This document shows positions 33,785-43,891 of a stretch of DNA of 64,000 nucleotides, one piece after another. How positions within the stretch are numbered: the first letter of the stretch is position 1; the number at the start of each line of letters is the position of its first letter. The stretch spans positions 161,753-225,752 of the forward strand of contig CAKPLT010000001.1 of NCBI GenBank assembly GCA_934167755.1. Reading direction: 5' to 3'. Position numbers and translations under genes: made by a program. Below the pieces are notes generated by a model, which searched no databases, was not told the origin of the DNA, and saw only the letters and a program-made list of their open reading frames with translations. This stretch comes from an uncultured Clostridia bacterium (GTDB lineage: Bacteria > Bacillota > Clostridia > TANB77 > CAG-508).

Positions 33785-33797
33785 GGGCTCATAACCC
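33785..33797 (+). other. 13-nt exact match to the tRNA-fMet anticodon stem-loop (gggctcataaccc), in a roughly 400-bp non-coding gap; possible att-core remnant
   Basis: Identical to positions 26-38 of the tRNA-fMet sense sequence (gene at 25702-25777); a GC-rich 13-mer is unlikely by chance in this AT-rich window. Confidence 0.35.
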
Positions 33798-34016
33798 GTA
33801 TACCAATAATTTGATACTAGACTCGGAAAATATAATAAAATGAAGCATTTGCTAGATTTTGGCAGGTGCTTTTTTCTTGCTTTTTCAAGTGAAAATGTCA
33901 CACTTTGGTCACAGTTAGGGCGAGAAAAGACTGAGTTAGACAAGTTTTAACAAGGAATGTATTTGAATTATTCACAGGAAGTGGTATAATTGGGGTAAAT
34001 GAAAGGAGAGATTTAT

Positions 34017-34490
34017 ATGGATATAACAATTGATGTAGATAATTATAAGTTAAATGTAAGAGCAGCAGGAGTAATGATACATAATGGCAAAATTTTGGTT
34101 CATAGAAATATTAATTCTGACCACTATGCATTAATTGGAGGAAGAGTAGAAATAGGAGAAAATTCAGCTGATACAATTAAAAGAGAAATTAAAGAAGAAT
34201 TAGGAAAAAACATAGAAATAACAGGATATATATCAACAATAGAAAACTTTTTTGAGATGAAAGGTTCAAAATACCATGAAATAATGTTTGTACATAAAAT
34301 AGAATTTACAAATGAAGATGATAAAAAAATAGAATATACAATGAAAAATATTGAAGGAAAAGATTATTTGCAATATGAATGGATAGAGATAAATAAAATT
34401 GATGAGTATCCACTATTGCCAAGAGATGTAAAAGAAGTTTTAAAAGAAAATAAATTTCCAATACATAAAATAAATAATGATTTGAAATAA
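34017..34490 (+). CDS. NUDIX hydrolase
   Basis: NUDIX box GGRVEIGENSADTIKREIKEELG. Start chosen at MDITID with an AAAGGAGAG RBS. Confidence 0.85.
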   Translation: MDITIDVDNYKLNVRAAGVMIHNGKILVHRNINSDHYALIGGRVEIGENSADTIKREIKEELGKNIEITGYISTIENFFEMKGSKYHEIMFVHKIEFTNEDDKKIEYTMKNIEGKDYLQYEWIEINKIDEYPLLPRDVKEVLKENKFPIHKINNDLK

Positions 34491-34502
34491 AACAGGTGAA
34501 AT

Positions 34503-34886
34503 ATGAAAGTATTAACAATAAAACAACCTTGGGCAACATTAATAATGCAAGGAGATAAAAGATTTGAATTTAGAAGTTGGAAAACTAAATATAGAGGAGA
34601 TTTATTAATACATGCAGGAAAAGGAATAGATAAAGAAGCAATGAAAAGATTAGCAAAATATATTACAAAAGATATGCCAACTGGAAAAATATTAGGAAAA
34701 GTAACATTAGTAGATTGCATAAAATGTGATGATAATTTTAAAGAAATGTGCTTAAAAGAAAATAAAGATGTCTATGCTAAAAGTACTTTTGTAGAAAAAT
34801 ATGCATGGCAGCTGGAGAATGTAGAAGTATTTGATGAACCGTTAGAGGCAAAAGGAAAATTGAGTTTGTGGGAGTATGATATATGA
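34503..34886 (+). CDS. ASCH domain protein
   Basis: MKVLTIKQPWATLIMQGDKRFEFRSW...LLIHAG is the canonical ASCH N-terminus. Confidence 0.8.
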   Translation: MKVLTIKQPWATLIMQGDKRFEFRSWKTKYRGDLLIHAGKGIDKEAMKRLAKYITKDMPTGKILGKVTLVDCIKCDDNFKEMCLKENKDVYAKSTFVEKYAWQLENVEVFDEPLEAKGKLSLWEYDI

Positions 34887-35461
34887 AAAATATAGAAAGA
34901 TATTATAAAAATACAACAGATGCAAAACCTAATTATACTATAAAAAAATTTATTGAATTGAAAATCAAACCAGGAAATGCAATTGAACTTGGATGTGGAG
35001 CAGGAAGAGATACGGTATGTTTAATAAAAAATGGATGGAATGTAATGGCAATAGATAAAGAAAATGTTGAATCAAGAATTGTAGCAAAATTAGAAGCAAA
35101 AGAATTAAAACAGTTTAAATTTTTAAAGCGAAAATTTGAGGAGATTGAATTAGAAAATAATAATTTGGTAGTTGCTAATTTTAGTCTTCCATTCTGCAAT
35201 AAAAATGATTTTAAAAAATTATGGAATAAAATAGATGATAGTATTTTAAAAGATGGATATTTTGTTGGTAATTTCTTTGGAGATAACGATGAATGGAAAA
35301 ATACAAAAGAAGAAATGATGTTCTTAACAAAAGAACAGGTAATAGAATTATTTGAAAATTTTGAAATTATAGAGTTTAATGAAGTAGAAAAAGATGATTT
35401 TACCGGTTTAGGGAAAATGAAACATTGGCATATATTTAATGTAATAGCAAAGAAAATTTAG
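34883..35461 (+). CDS. Class I SAM-dependent methyltransferase (TehB-like)
   Basis: ELGCGAGRDTVCLIKNGWNVMAIDK SAM-binding motif I. Confidence 0.72.
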   Translation: MKNIERYYKNTTDAKPNYTIKKFIELKIKPGNAIELGCGAGRDTVCLIKNGWNVMAIDKENVESRIVAKLEAKELKQFKFLKRKFEEIELENNNLVVANFSLPFCNKNDFKKLWNKIDDSILKDGYFVGNFFGDNDEWKNTKEEMMFLTKEQVIELFENFEIIEFNEVEKDDFTGLGKMKHWHIFNVIAKKI

Positions 35462-35487
35462 AATTATTATAATTTAAGGAGATTAGT

Positions 35488-35898
35488 ATGGTAAAAGAAA
35501 TAGTAAAAGATGTAATGTTTTTATCACAAAAAGCCGAAAAAGCAACAGAGAAAGATAAATATATAGCAAATGACTTACTAGATACATTAAAGGCTAATAG
35601 GGATAGATGTGTAGGACTTGCCGCAAATATGATAGGATACAACAAAGCAATAATTTGTGTATCAGGTGGATTGTATGATTTTGTAATGATAAATCCTGTT
35701 ATTACGAATAGAAGCGGAGAGTATGAAACAGAAGAAGGTTGTTTGTCTTTAATTGGAGAAAGAAAATGTAAAAGATATAAAGAAATTGAGGTTGATTATT
35801 TGGATATAAATTTTAATAAACAACATGGAAAATATACAGAATTTGTTGCCGAGATAATACAACATGAGATTGACCATACAAATGGGATAATAATATAA
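35488..35898 (+). CDS. def: Peptide deformylase (short form)
   Basis: GLAANMIG, EGCLS and HEIDH, the three PDF motifs. Confidence 0.85.
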   Translation: MVKEIVKDVMFLSQKAEKATEKDKYIANDLLDTLKANRDRCVGLAANMIGYNKAIICVSGGLYDFVMINPVITNRSGEYETEEGCLSLIGERKCKRYKEIEVDYLDINFNKQHGKYTEFVAEIIQHEIDHTNGIII

Positions 35899-36104
35899 TT
35901 ATAGAAATAGTAATTACTTAAGTAGTTACTATTTTTTTTATGTGATAATCGGTATAAATTTAAGAAAAATATTGAAATATAAATAAAAAACATATACCGG
36001 AAAATATAAAAACACCCCCGCCTTTAATCTCTACGAGATAAAAAGGGGGAACGGCGAGGGGAGTCATGTAAAAACTTTCGGGAAATAGGAAGGGGAGGGG
36101 GTAA

Positions 36105-36377
36105 TTATTTCTTCGAAAGAGCTTCTAATAGTAACGATACAGCTAATGCAAAACCTTCAATAAAGGCCTCTTCAGATTCAATATCAGATAATTCATTCAT
36201 ACAATCTAATACATTATCAATTAGAGAAAAAGTTTCTTTATCAACCAAATGTGTCAGTTCTTCTTGAAGTAATGTACATTTTGATAGTGTTTTAGAATAT
36301 TTGGAATTTTCAAGTATTGGTTTCTCAATACAAGTGTAATCTCCATTGTATAGAGATTTAATTGTTTTATTGTTCAT
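36105..36377 (-). CDS. Small hypothetical protein (90 aa), divergent from hsdR
   Basis: ORF with a GGAGGTG RBS and no motif. Confidence 0.4.
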   Translation of the reverse strand: MNNKTIKSLYNGDYTCIEKPILENSKYSKTLSKCTLLQEELTHLVDKETFSLIDNVLDCMNELSDIESEEAFIEGFALAVSLLLEALSKK

Positions 36378-36560
36378 ATCTTCACCTCCAGTTGGTTGTG
36401 TATTTAAACTTAAAAATGATTAAATATCAAGTAATATTTAAAATTAAATATAGTAAAAAGTATTTACAAAATATACCAAAATCAGACACATTATATTGTT
36501 ATTTTTATTACTTTGTGATATAAATATATTGAGAAAGTATATAAGTTTGGGGGCTAATAT

Positions 36561-39314
36561 ATGTCTAAAGAATATGAAAGCGAGGCAATGCTTGAAGAAA
36601 AATTAATAAAACACTTAGAATTATTAGGTTATACTAGGATTAATCTAAAAAATCTAGATGATGTAAAAGAAAATTTTAGAAAACAAGTAAACAAGCATAA
36701 TATAGATGAATTAAAAGGAAAAGAACTATCAGATAGAGAATTTGATAGACTATATACAATGATTACTGGAAAAGGTGTTTATGCCAGTAGCAAAATTTTA
36801 AGAGAAAAACAATGTTTAGAAAGAGATAATGGAGAAAAAATATATATAGAATTATTTAATACCAGACAATGGTGTAAAAACATATACCAAGTTTCCAACC
36901 AAATAACCAGTATTACAGGAGAAAGAGAAACAAGATATGATGTAACACTTTTTATTAACGGATTACCACTAATTCAAATAGAATTAAAAGCACGTGGAAA
37001 AACATTAAAAGAAGCAGTAAATCAAATTGAAAGATATAGAAGGACTTCATATAAAGAATTATATAAATTTATTCAGATTTATGTTGTAAGTAATGGAGTA
37101 AATACAAAATACTTTGCAAATACAGATGGAGAAATAAACTTTGGATATACATTCTTTTGGACAGATGAAGAAAACAACAGAATTAGTAATCTAAGTGAAT
37201 TTTCAATGTATTTCTTAGAAAAATGTTTTGTATCTAAAATGATTGCTAGATATATGGTTATTAATGAAACAGACAAACAATTAATGGTAATGAGACCATA
37301 TCAAGTATATGCAGTAGAAGCACTAGTAAATCAGGCTAAAGAAACTAGTAATAATGGATATATATGGCATACTACAGGTTCAGGAAAAACATTAACATCC
37401 TTCAAAGCAAGTCAAATTTTAGCAAATGAACCAGATATTAAACAAGTCTTTTTCTTAGTAGATAGAAAAGATTTAGATACGCAGACATTCGATGAATTCA
37501 ATAAATTTGAGCCAGGTTCAGTAGACTTTACAAATAGTACATATAAATTAGTTAAAAATATACAAGATTCAACAAAGCCATTAATCATAACTACTATTCA
37601 AAAAATGGCTAATGCTATAAATAGTCCAAGATATTCAGAATTAATGGAAAAATACAGAGATGAAAAGGTTGTGTTTATTATAGATGAATGTCATAGAAGC
37701 CAATTTGGTGATATGCATAAAGCTATAAAAATGCATTTTAATAGAGCTCAATATTTTGGATTTACAGGTACACCAAGATTTCCGGAAAATAAAAGTCAAG
37801 ATGGGAGAACAACAGCAGATATATTTGAAAAATGTTTACACAAATATTTATTAAAAGATGCAATAAATGATGGAAATGTATTAGGATTTTCAGTTGATTA
37901 TTATAAAACAATAGATGCTAATTTAGATAATATAGATTATGTTGAAGTTGAAGGTATAAACACTGAAGAAGCTTATATGGCTGATGAAAGAATAAACAAC
38001 ATTACTGAAGGAATACTTACAATGCATCCATTAAAAACTAATGATATGACATATACTGCTATATTTGCAACTGCTAGTATACCACAATTAGTAAAATATT
38101 ATGATTGTTTTAAAACTAAAAAAACAGATTTGAAAATAGCAGCAATATTTACATATGGACCAAATGAAGATTATGAAGGAAAAGATGAACTTTCATGTCA
38201 AAGTTTAGAAAGAATTATAAATGATTACAATAAAATGTTTGATACCAACTATTCAGTAAATGCATTCGATGGATATTTTAAAGATGTTTCTAAAAGAGTA
38301 AAGAATGCAGAAATAGATATTTTAATTGTAGTAAATATGTTTTTAACTGGATTTGATAGCAAAAAATTAAATACATTGTATGTGGATAAAGCTTTAAAAT
38401 ATCATGATTTAATACAAGCTTTTTCAAGAACAAATAGAGTAGAAAAAGCAACAAAAACGCAAGGAAATATAGTAAGTTTTAGAACAACGAAAAAAGCTGT
38501 AGATAATGCTATAAGGATTTTTTCTGATACAAGTGATCCAGATGAAGTTTTATTAAAACCATATGAATATTATAAAGAAAAATTTATTGAAATAGCAAAA
38601 AAATTAAAAGAAACTGCTCCGACAGTAGAATTTGTCGATGCAATACAATCAGAAGAAGAAAAGAAAAAATTTATTGTTATATTTAGAGAGTTAACTAAAA
38701 TATTAATAAAACTTAGAATATTTAGAGAATTTAAATTTACAGAAGAAGAAGTTTATATTTCACATCAGGAATATTTAGATTATAAGAGTAAGTATTTAGA
38801 TTTAGCTACAGGTAAAGAATCACAAAATAAGGTTAGTATATTAAATGATATTGATTTTGAATTAGAATTAATGTACACAGATAAAATAAATGTAGACTAT
38901 ATTTTAAATTTAATGAGATCAATCGATTTAACTGATAAAGAGCAGACAGATAAAGATATTAAGGACATTTTAAATAAATTGGAAAATGCAGATAATAAGG
39001 ACTTAAGGCTAAAATCTGATTTGATTAGAGAATTCTTAAATAAAATTATTCCAACTCTTAATGAAAATGATTCAGTTGAAGAAAATTATTATAACTTTAT
39101 GGATGAACGCCGACACAAAGAAATTGAAGATATTGCCAAGAAATATGATATTGATATAAATCTATTAAATGATATCATAGGGGAATATGAATATTCTGGA
39201 ATCTTAGATACAGGTAAAATAAAAGAAAAAATAGATAAGCCTTTGATAGAAAAAGTTAATATAACAAAGTCAATTAAAGAATTTATAGTAAATTTAATAA
39301 ATAGATTCAAATAG
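36561..39314 (+). CDS. hsdR: Type I restriction enzyme R subunit
   Basis: N-terminal PD-(D/E)xK nuclease (RYDVTLFINGLPLIQIELK); helicase motifs HTTGSGKT, IIDECHRSQ, FTGTP. Confidence 0.9.
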   Translation: MSKEYESEAMLEEKLIKHLELLGYTRINLKNLDDVKENFRKQVNKHNIDELKGKELSDREFDRLYTMITGKGVYASSKILREKQCLERDNGEKIYIELFNTRQWCKNIYQVSNQITSITGERETRYDVTLFINGLPLIQIELKARGKTLKEAVNQIERYRRTSYKELYKFIQIYVVSNGVNTKYFANTDGEINFGYTFFWTDEENNRISNLSEFSMYFLEKCFVSKMIARYMVINETDKQLMVMRPYQVYAVEALVNQAKETSNNGYIWHTTGSGKTLTSFKASQILANEPDIKQVFFLVDRKDLDTQTFDEFNKFEPGSVDFTNSTYKLVKNIQDSTKPLIITTIQKMANAINSPRYSELMEKYRDEKVVFIIDECHRSQFGDMHKAIKMHFNRAQYFGFTGTPRFPENKSQDGRTTADIFEKCLHKYLLKDAINDGNVLGFSVDYYKTIDANLDNIDYVEVEGINTEEAYMADERINNITEGILTMHPLKTNDMTYTAIFATASIPQLVKYYDCFKTKKTDLKIAAIFTYGPNEDYEGKDELSCQSLERIINDYNKMFDTNYSVNAFDGYFKDVSKRVKNAEIDILIVVNMFLTGFDSKKLNTLYVDKALKYHDLIQAFSRTNRVEKATKTQGNIVSFRTTKKAVDNAIRIFSDTSDPDEVLLKPYEYYKEKFIEIAKKLKETAPTVEFVDAIQSEEEKKKFIVIFRELTKILIKLRIFREFKFTEEEVYISHQEYLDYKSKYLDLATGKESQNKVSILNDIDFELELMYTDKINVDYILNLMRSIDLTDKEQTDKDIKDILNKLENADNKDLRLKSDLIREFLNKIIPTLNENDSVEENYYNFMDERRHKEIEDIAKKYDIDINLLNDIIGEYEYSGILDTGKIKEKIDKPLIEKVNITKSIKEFIVNLINRFK

Positions 39315-39326
39315 AAGGAGAAAAAA

Positions 39327-40901
39327 ATGAATGTAGCAGAAAAACAAAATAAGCAACAATCAGAATTACACTCTAAATTATGGAGTATGGCAAATGATTT
39401 AAGAGGAACAATGGATGCTTCTGAATTTAAAAATTATATATTAGGATTAATATTTTATAGATTTTTATCAGAAAGATTAGTAAGTTACATAGAAGAAAAA
39501 CTTTTAAATAAAGATAAACTAACATATGAACAAGCATGGAAAAAAGAAGAATATAGGGAAGCAATAATTGAAGATCTAACAAAAGATAGTGATGTAGGAT
39601 ATGTTATTGAGCCAGAATATTTATTTTCTAATTTGATAAAATTAGTAGAAACAGGTGATTTTGATATATCAATATTACATAAAGCAATTAATAAAGTTTC
39701 AGAATCAACACTTGGAAATGCTAGTCAACATGATTTTGAAAATTTGTTTGAAGATATGGACTTAAGTTCTTCAAAATTAGGTAGAGGTGAAAAAGAAAGA
39801 AGTAAGTTAATAGGAACAATTATGCAAAAGATAAATGATATAGATTTTGCATTTGAAGATACAGAAATTGATGTTTTAGGAGATGCATATGAATATCTAA
39901 TAGGACAATTTGCAGCAAGTGCAGGTAAAAAAGCAGGAGAATACTATACACCACAACAAGTTTCAAACATACTTGCTAAAATAGTAACAATGGATATTAA
40001 AGACTTAAAGAATGTATATGATCCAACTTGTGGTTCTGGTTCATTATTGTTAAGAGTAGCAAGACAAAAAGATGTAAAAGTAAGTGCGTTTTATGGACAA
40101 GAAAAGGTTAGTACGACATACAACTTGGCTAGAATGAATATGTTACTTCATAGAGTTCCTTTTAATAGATTTGACATATATAATGGAGATACTTTAGAAG
40201 ATCCTTGTGAAGAACATATGAAAATGAGATTTCAAGCGATAGTTGCAAATCCACCATACTCTGCTCAATGGTCAGCAGACCAAAAATTTTTAAATGATGA
40301 GAGATTCAGCAATTATGGTAGATTGGCACCAAAATCAAAAGCAGATTATGCATTTATTCAACATATGATTTATCTATTAGATGATAATGGAACAATAGCA
40401 GTAGTATTACCACATGGTGTATTATTTAGAGGAGCAAGTGAAGGGACAATAAGAAAATATTTAATAAAAGATAAAAATTATTTGGATGCAGTAATAGGAT
40501 TACCAGCTAATATATTCTACGGAACTTCTATTCCTACTTGTATATTAGTATTTAAAAAGTGCAGAACAAGTGATAATGTATTATTTATTGATGCCTCAAA
40601 GGACTTTGAACCTGGAAAAAATCAGAATAGATTAAGAGATGAAGATGTAGACAAAATTATAAATACATATAAAAATAGAAAAGAAATAGAAAAATATTGT
40701 CACTTAGCTACTATGGATGAAATAAAAGAAAATGATTACAATTTAAATATACCACGCTATGTAGATACATTTGAAGAGGAAGAAGAAATAGATTTAGATG
40801 CTGTTCAAGTAGAATTAGAAAAAATAGATGAAGAAGACAAAAAAGTAACTGAAGAACTTAATAAGTATTTAAGAGAGTTGGGATTAAAAGAATTAAAATA
40901 G
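39327..40901 (+). CDS. hsdM: Type I restriction-modification methyltransferase M subunit
   Basis: LGDAYEYLIGQFA...GEYYTP..., YDPTCGSGSLLL (motif I), NPPYS (motif IV). Confidence 0.95.
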   Translation: MNVAEKQNKQQSELHSKLWSMANDLRGTMDASEFKNYILGLIFYRFLSERLVSYIEEKLLNKDKLTYEQAWKKEEYREAIIEDLTKDSDVGYVIEPEYLFSNLIKLVETGDFDISILHKAINKVSESTLGNASQHDFENLFEDMDLSSSKLGRGEKERSKLIGTIMQKINDIDFAFEDTEIDVLGDAYEYLIGQFAASAGKKAGEYYTPQQVSNILAKIVTMDIKDLKNVYDPTCGSGSLLLRVARQKDVKVSAFYGQEKVSTTYNLARMNMLLHRVPFNRFDIYNGDTLEDPCEEHMKMRFQAIVANPPYSAQWSADQKFLNDERFSNYGRLAPKSKADYAFIQHMIYLLDDNGTIAVVLPHGVLFRGASEGTIRKYLIKDKNYLDAVIGLPANIFYGTSIPTCILVFKKCRTSDNVLFIDASKDFEPGKNQNRLRDEDVDKIINTYKNRKEIEKYCHLATMDEIKENDYNLNIPRYVDTFEEEEEIDLDAVQVELEKIDEEDKKVTEELNKYLRELGLKELK

Positions 40902-40905
40902 AAAA

Positions 40906-40935
40906 AGGATTACATTTTGAAGTGTAATCCTTTTT
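40906..40935. terminator. Bidirectional terminator hairpin between convergent hsdM and hsdS
   Basis: aggattaca/tgtaatcct stem with T-runs on both strands. Confidence 0.65.
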
Positions 40936-41479
40936 AGATAAACATTTGCTGTAGTAGAGATTTTTTTAAAATATTTAAGTTATTTAAAGTATTTTTTTGC
41001 AAATTTATTTTTCTATCCAAATTTGACAAAATTTTTGCAATTTTTCTTTGATTCTCTAAACATGGAAAAACATCAGTATGTTTTAAAAAATCTTCTACAT
41101 TTACAGACATTCTTTCATAAACAGTTCCTTGTTCATATTTTCTAACTTTATTAATAAAATCAATTCTAGTAAAATAATATTTACAAAAAGATACATCCAT
41201 GATATTAGGATTAATTTCTAAAGTAACATATATTGGGGAAAAAATAGCACTTCCATATTCGTTAATACAAATAACACCAAATTTTAAATTGGCAGGATTA
41301 TAACATAAGTCATTAAGAAGAGTAATTTTATATTCTTTATTATTGGACATAACTAGAAAATCTCTATTGTATCTATCGGATTTATCCAAAATCCCATCTT
41401 TTGATAAAGTTACATGAGGATATTCTAATCCTTTTTCAGAATAGATCTTTCTTTCTTTCAAAAATTTACTAATTTGCAT
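40934..41479 (-). CDS. hsdS: HsdS distal half (TRD2 + C-terminal conserved helix). Out of frame with the upstream TRD1 ORF because of the T8 tract
   Basis: Ends LNILKKSLLQQMFI. The frame stays open upstream of the ATG to 41560 and reads ...KKTGVCQKLFQSIKDD..., the HsdS central conserved region. Confidence 0.75.
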   Translation of the reverse strand: MQISKFLKERKIYSEKGLEYPHVTLSKDGILDKSDRYNRDFLVMSNNKEYKITLLNDLCYNPANLKFGVICINEYGSAIFSPIYVTLEINPNIMDVSFCKYYFTRIDFINKVRKYEQGTVYERMSVNVEDFLKHTDVFPCLENQRKIAKILSNLDRKINLQKNTLNNLNILKKSLLQQMFI

Positions 41480-41495
41480 TTTAAATGTAGTTTTA

Positions 41496-42119
41496 TCATC
41501 TTTTATAGATTGAAATAATTTTTGACATACCCCTGTTTTTTTTATATATCTTAAGGGCTTCTATTTTTCTCTGTTGTAGTTCTATTTTTTTGCTTAAAAA
41601 TTCTAATAATTTAGATACTTTTTCTTGTTCTTCAATTGTGGGCAAATCAATATTTATATTTTTTATTTTTTCACCATATAAATGAACAATAGAATCTCCT
41701 TGAGCATATCTGGCAATAACAATCCTTTTTTTGTTAGATAATAAATAGCTTAAATATTTTCCATTTTGAAATTTTGGTCTCAATACATTTAAATCTCCAC
41801 CAAGAATTACATGATCTTGCAATATACAAGTTGATGTAGAAATATCTAATGCAGTTTCGCCACTACATGGAATTAAAACGTCGTTTATTTTGCTATGAAA
41901 AAGATTTTTATCACTTCTATCAGTATAACTTATAACTTTATCTGTTATTTCATCATACTGTGTATACAACTCTCCATATAGAATACAAGGAAACTTTCCG
42001 TTTTCTTTAATATCAGATTTAGATAATGTGTTTCCTTTATAGAAATCTACTATATCATTTAATTTATATGTATTATATTCATCTTTAAATTCTTTAAATC
42101 TTAGCTTTGGTACTAGCAA
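41496..42119 (-). CDS. hsdS: HsdS proximal half (TRD1 + start of central conserved region), terminating 13 codons after the T8 tract
   Basis: MLVPKLRFKEFKDEY... typical HsdS N-terminus; ...LPTIEEQEKVSKLLEFLSKKIELQQRKIEALKIYKK then frameshifted NRGMSKIISIYKR*. Confidence 0.8.
   Translation of the reverse strand: MLVPKLRFKEFKDEYNTYKLNDIVDFYKGNTLSKSDIKENGKFPCILYGELYTQYDEITDKVISYTDRSDKNLFHSKINDVLIPCSGETALDISTSTCILQDHVILGGDLNVLRPKFQNGKYLSYLLSNKKRIVIARYAQGDSIVHLYGEKIKNINIDLPTIEEQEKVSKLLEFLSKKIELQQRKIEALKIYKKNRGMSKIISIYKR
41536..41543 (-). repeat. Homopolymeric T8 (A8 on the coding strand) tract inside hsdS; removing 1 nt fuses TRD1 and TRD2 in frame
   Basis: Seen in the sequence. With 7 A the reading is ...KIYKKTGVCQKLFQSIKDD... 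in a single frame. Confidence 0.8.
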
Positions 42120-42196
42120 TTTTTCACCTTCATTCTGTCCTTTAGTTTAACCTTAAAGGTCAAGAAAAGTATATCATAAAAAATTTAAAATTGGAA

Positions 42197-43192
42197 TTAT
42201 TTTAGAATTTTTTCTTGAAAATTTTTACAAATTAAATTTATACATTTCTTTTTTTGAGACATTTGAGGATGCACATATAAATTTAAAGTAATATTTACAG
42301 TAGCATGTCCTAATAATTCACTAACCGTCTTATAATCTACACCTAATTTGATACAATTAGTTGCAAAAGTGTGCCTAAGGCCATGAAAATTAATTTTATC
42401 TATTTGGGCTTTTTTTGAAATTCTTTCAAAATATCTCCTATATGTTCTTGGCTCTATCCATTTGTTGTTACAAGATAATATATAATCATTTGAATTGGTT
42501 TTATATTTCTTTAATTCGTATGCAAATTCTTTATTAAGTGGTATTTCTCTTTCGGCATTGTGAGTTTTTGGATTTGTTATTATAACTTTTGAAGCATTAA
42601 TGTGTGTATCTTTAATATATACCCTTTGAAGGGTTTTATTTATATGTAAAATATTGTTTTTAAAATCAATATCCTTCCATTGTAATGCACATAGTTCGCC
42701 TATTCTAATTCCAGAATATAAAGTCAACAAAATTCCTAAACTTTTAATAGACTGATTCTTTAAAATGTAATTTGTTAATTTATCTTGATTTTGCTTTGAG
42801 AGAGTATATATCTTATCTTTTATATTAGTTTTCGGATAAATAAAATCAAGGCTTACACTTTCAATTAATCCTTCCTTAGTTGCAGCTTTTAGACTGCTTT
42901 TTATTATAGCAATTATATCCCTAATTGTTTTGCTTGATAGTCCTCCTGAATTATCCAATCTACCATTTTTATATTTTTCTAATAAAAATTTTTGAATTAT
43001 CTTATTATTTAATTCATTAAGATAATATTTTCCTAAATCTGGTACTATATGGTTAGAAATAATATTAGAATAATTTGCATATGTGGATTCTTTAATATAA
43101 TCTTTTTTATATGATAGCCAATCCCAAATCCAATATTCATATAATATTTTGTTTTTTGCTTTAAATAGCATCTTTTTCACCTCCATATACAT
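42197..43192 (-). CDS. Tyrosine site-specific recombinase (phage integrase family) directly upstream of hsdS
   Basis: C-terminal catalytic region ...INFHGLRHTFATNCIKLG...LLGHATVNITLNLYVH (R...H-x-x-R...Y). Confidence 0.85.
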   Translation of the reverse strand: MYMEVKKMLFKAKNKILYEYWIWDWLSYKKDYIKESTYANYSNIISNHIVPDLGKYYLNELNNKIIQKFLLEKYKNGRLDNSGGLSSKTIRDIIAIIKSSLKAATKEGLIESVSLDFIYPKTNIKDKIYTLSKQNQDKLTNYILKNQSIKSLGILLTLYSGIRIGELCALQWKDIDFKNNILHINKTLQRVYIKDTHINASKVIITNPKTHNAEREIPLNKEFAYELKKYKTNSNDYILSCNNKWIEPRTYRRYFERISKKAQIDKINFHGLRHTFATNCIKLGVDYKTVSELLGHATVNITLNLYVHPQMSQKKKCINLICKNFQEKILK

Positions 43193-43248
43193 TATACAAC
43201 GAGTGTCTTTTTAGTATATTAAGGTTAAAAAAAGGACTAATTCAAAAA

Positions 43249-43818
43249 ATGTATCAGAAAAATTATAATAATAAAATAAAAATGGAAAAGATTCTTATAC
43301 AAAAATCTATAAGAAATACTAATGATGAAAATTATAATGTATATAGCGTTAGCAACAAAGATGGTTTTATATTACAAACAGAACAGTTTAAAGATAGAAT
43401 CGTAGCAAGTGAAGATACTAAAAATTATAAAGTGGTAGAAAAAGATGATTTTGCATATAACCCGGCACGTATAAATGTGGGATCTATTGCAAGAATGAAA
43501 AAAGATACAAAGGGCATAATAAGTCCTATGTATATATGTTTTAAATGTAATGAAGAAATACTACCAGAATATTTAGAATATTTTTTTGAATCATCTAAAT
43601 TTACATATGAAATGAATAAAAGGCTTGAAGGAAGCGTAAGAATGTGTTTATCATACGAATCAATGTTAAATATACCGATAGAATTACCAAATAAAAATGA
43701 ACAAGAAGAAATATCAAAAATTCTTAACAATTTAAGTGATAAAATAAAATTAGAAGAAGAAAAGTGGATTAAATTAAAGAAATTAAAGAGAGGATTATTA
43801 CAGAAAATGTTTATATAG
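43249..43818 (+). CDS. hsdS: Half-size HsdS (single TRD + C-terminal conserved helix) in opposite orientation to the main hsdS
   Basis: YNVYSVSNKDGF...FAYNP...GSIA and a C-terminus LKKLKRGLLQKMFI nearly identical to the hsdS C-terminus. Confidence 0.72.
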   Translation: MYQKNYNNKIKMEKILIQKSIRNTNDENYNVYSVSNKDGFILQTEQFKDRIVASEDTKNYKVVEKDDFAYNPARINVGSIARMKKDTKGIISPMYICFKCNEEILPEYLEYFFESSKFTYEMNKRLEGSVRMCLSYESMLNIPIELPNKNEQEEISKILNNLSDKIKLEEEKWIKLKKLKRGLLQKMFI

Positions 43819-43891
43819 AGTAGCAAAAAAGCTACTCTATATTGCTATATATAAAAAAATGTTATAGAATGGCAATAAGAGGTAGATAAAA

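Noticed and set aside
33611-33943. 110-aa minus-strand ORF in the gap after the HNH gene
   Set aside because: No RBS or motif, it lies in an apparently non-coding module boundary, and it overlaps the tRNA-anticodon-like fragment.
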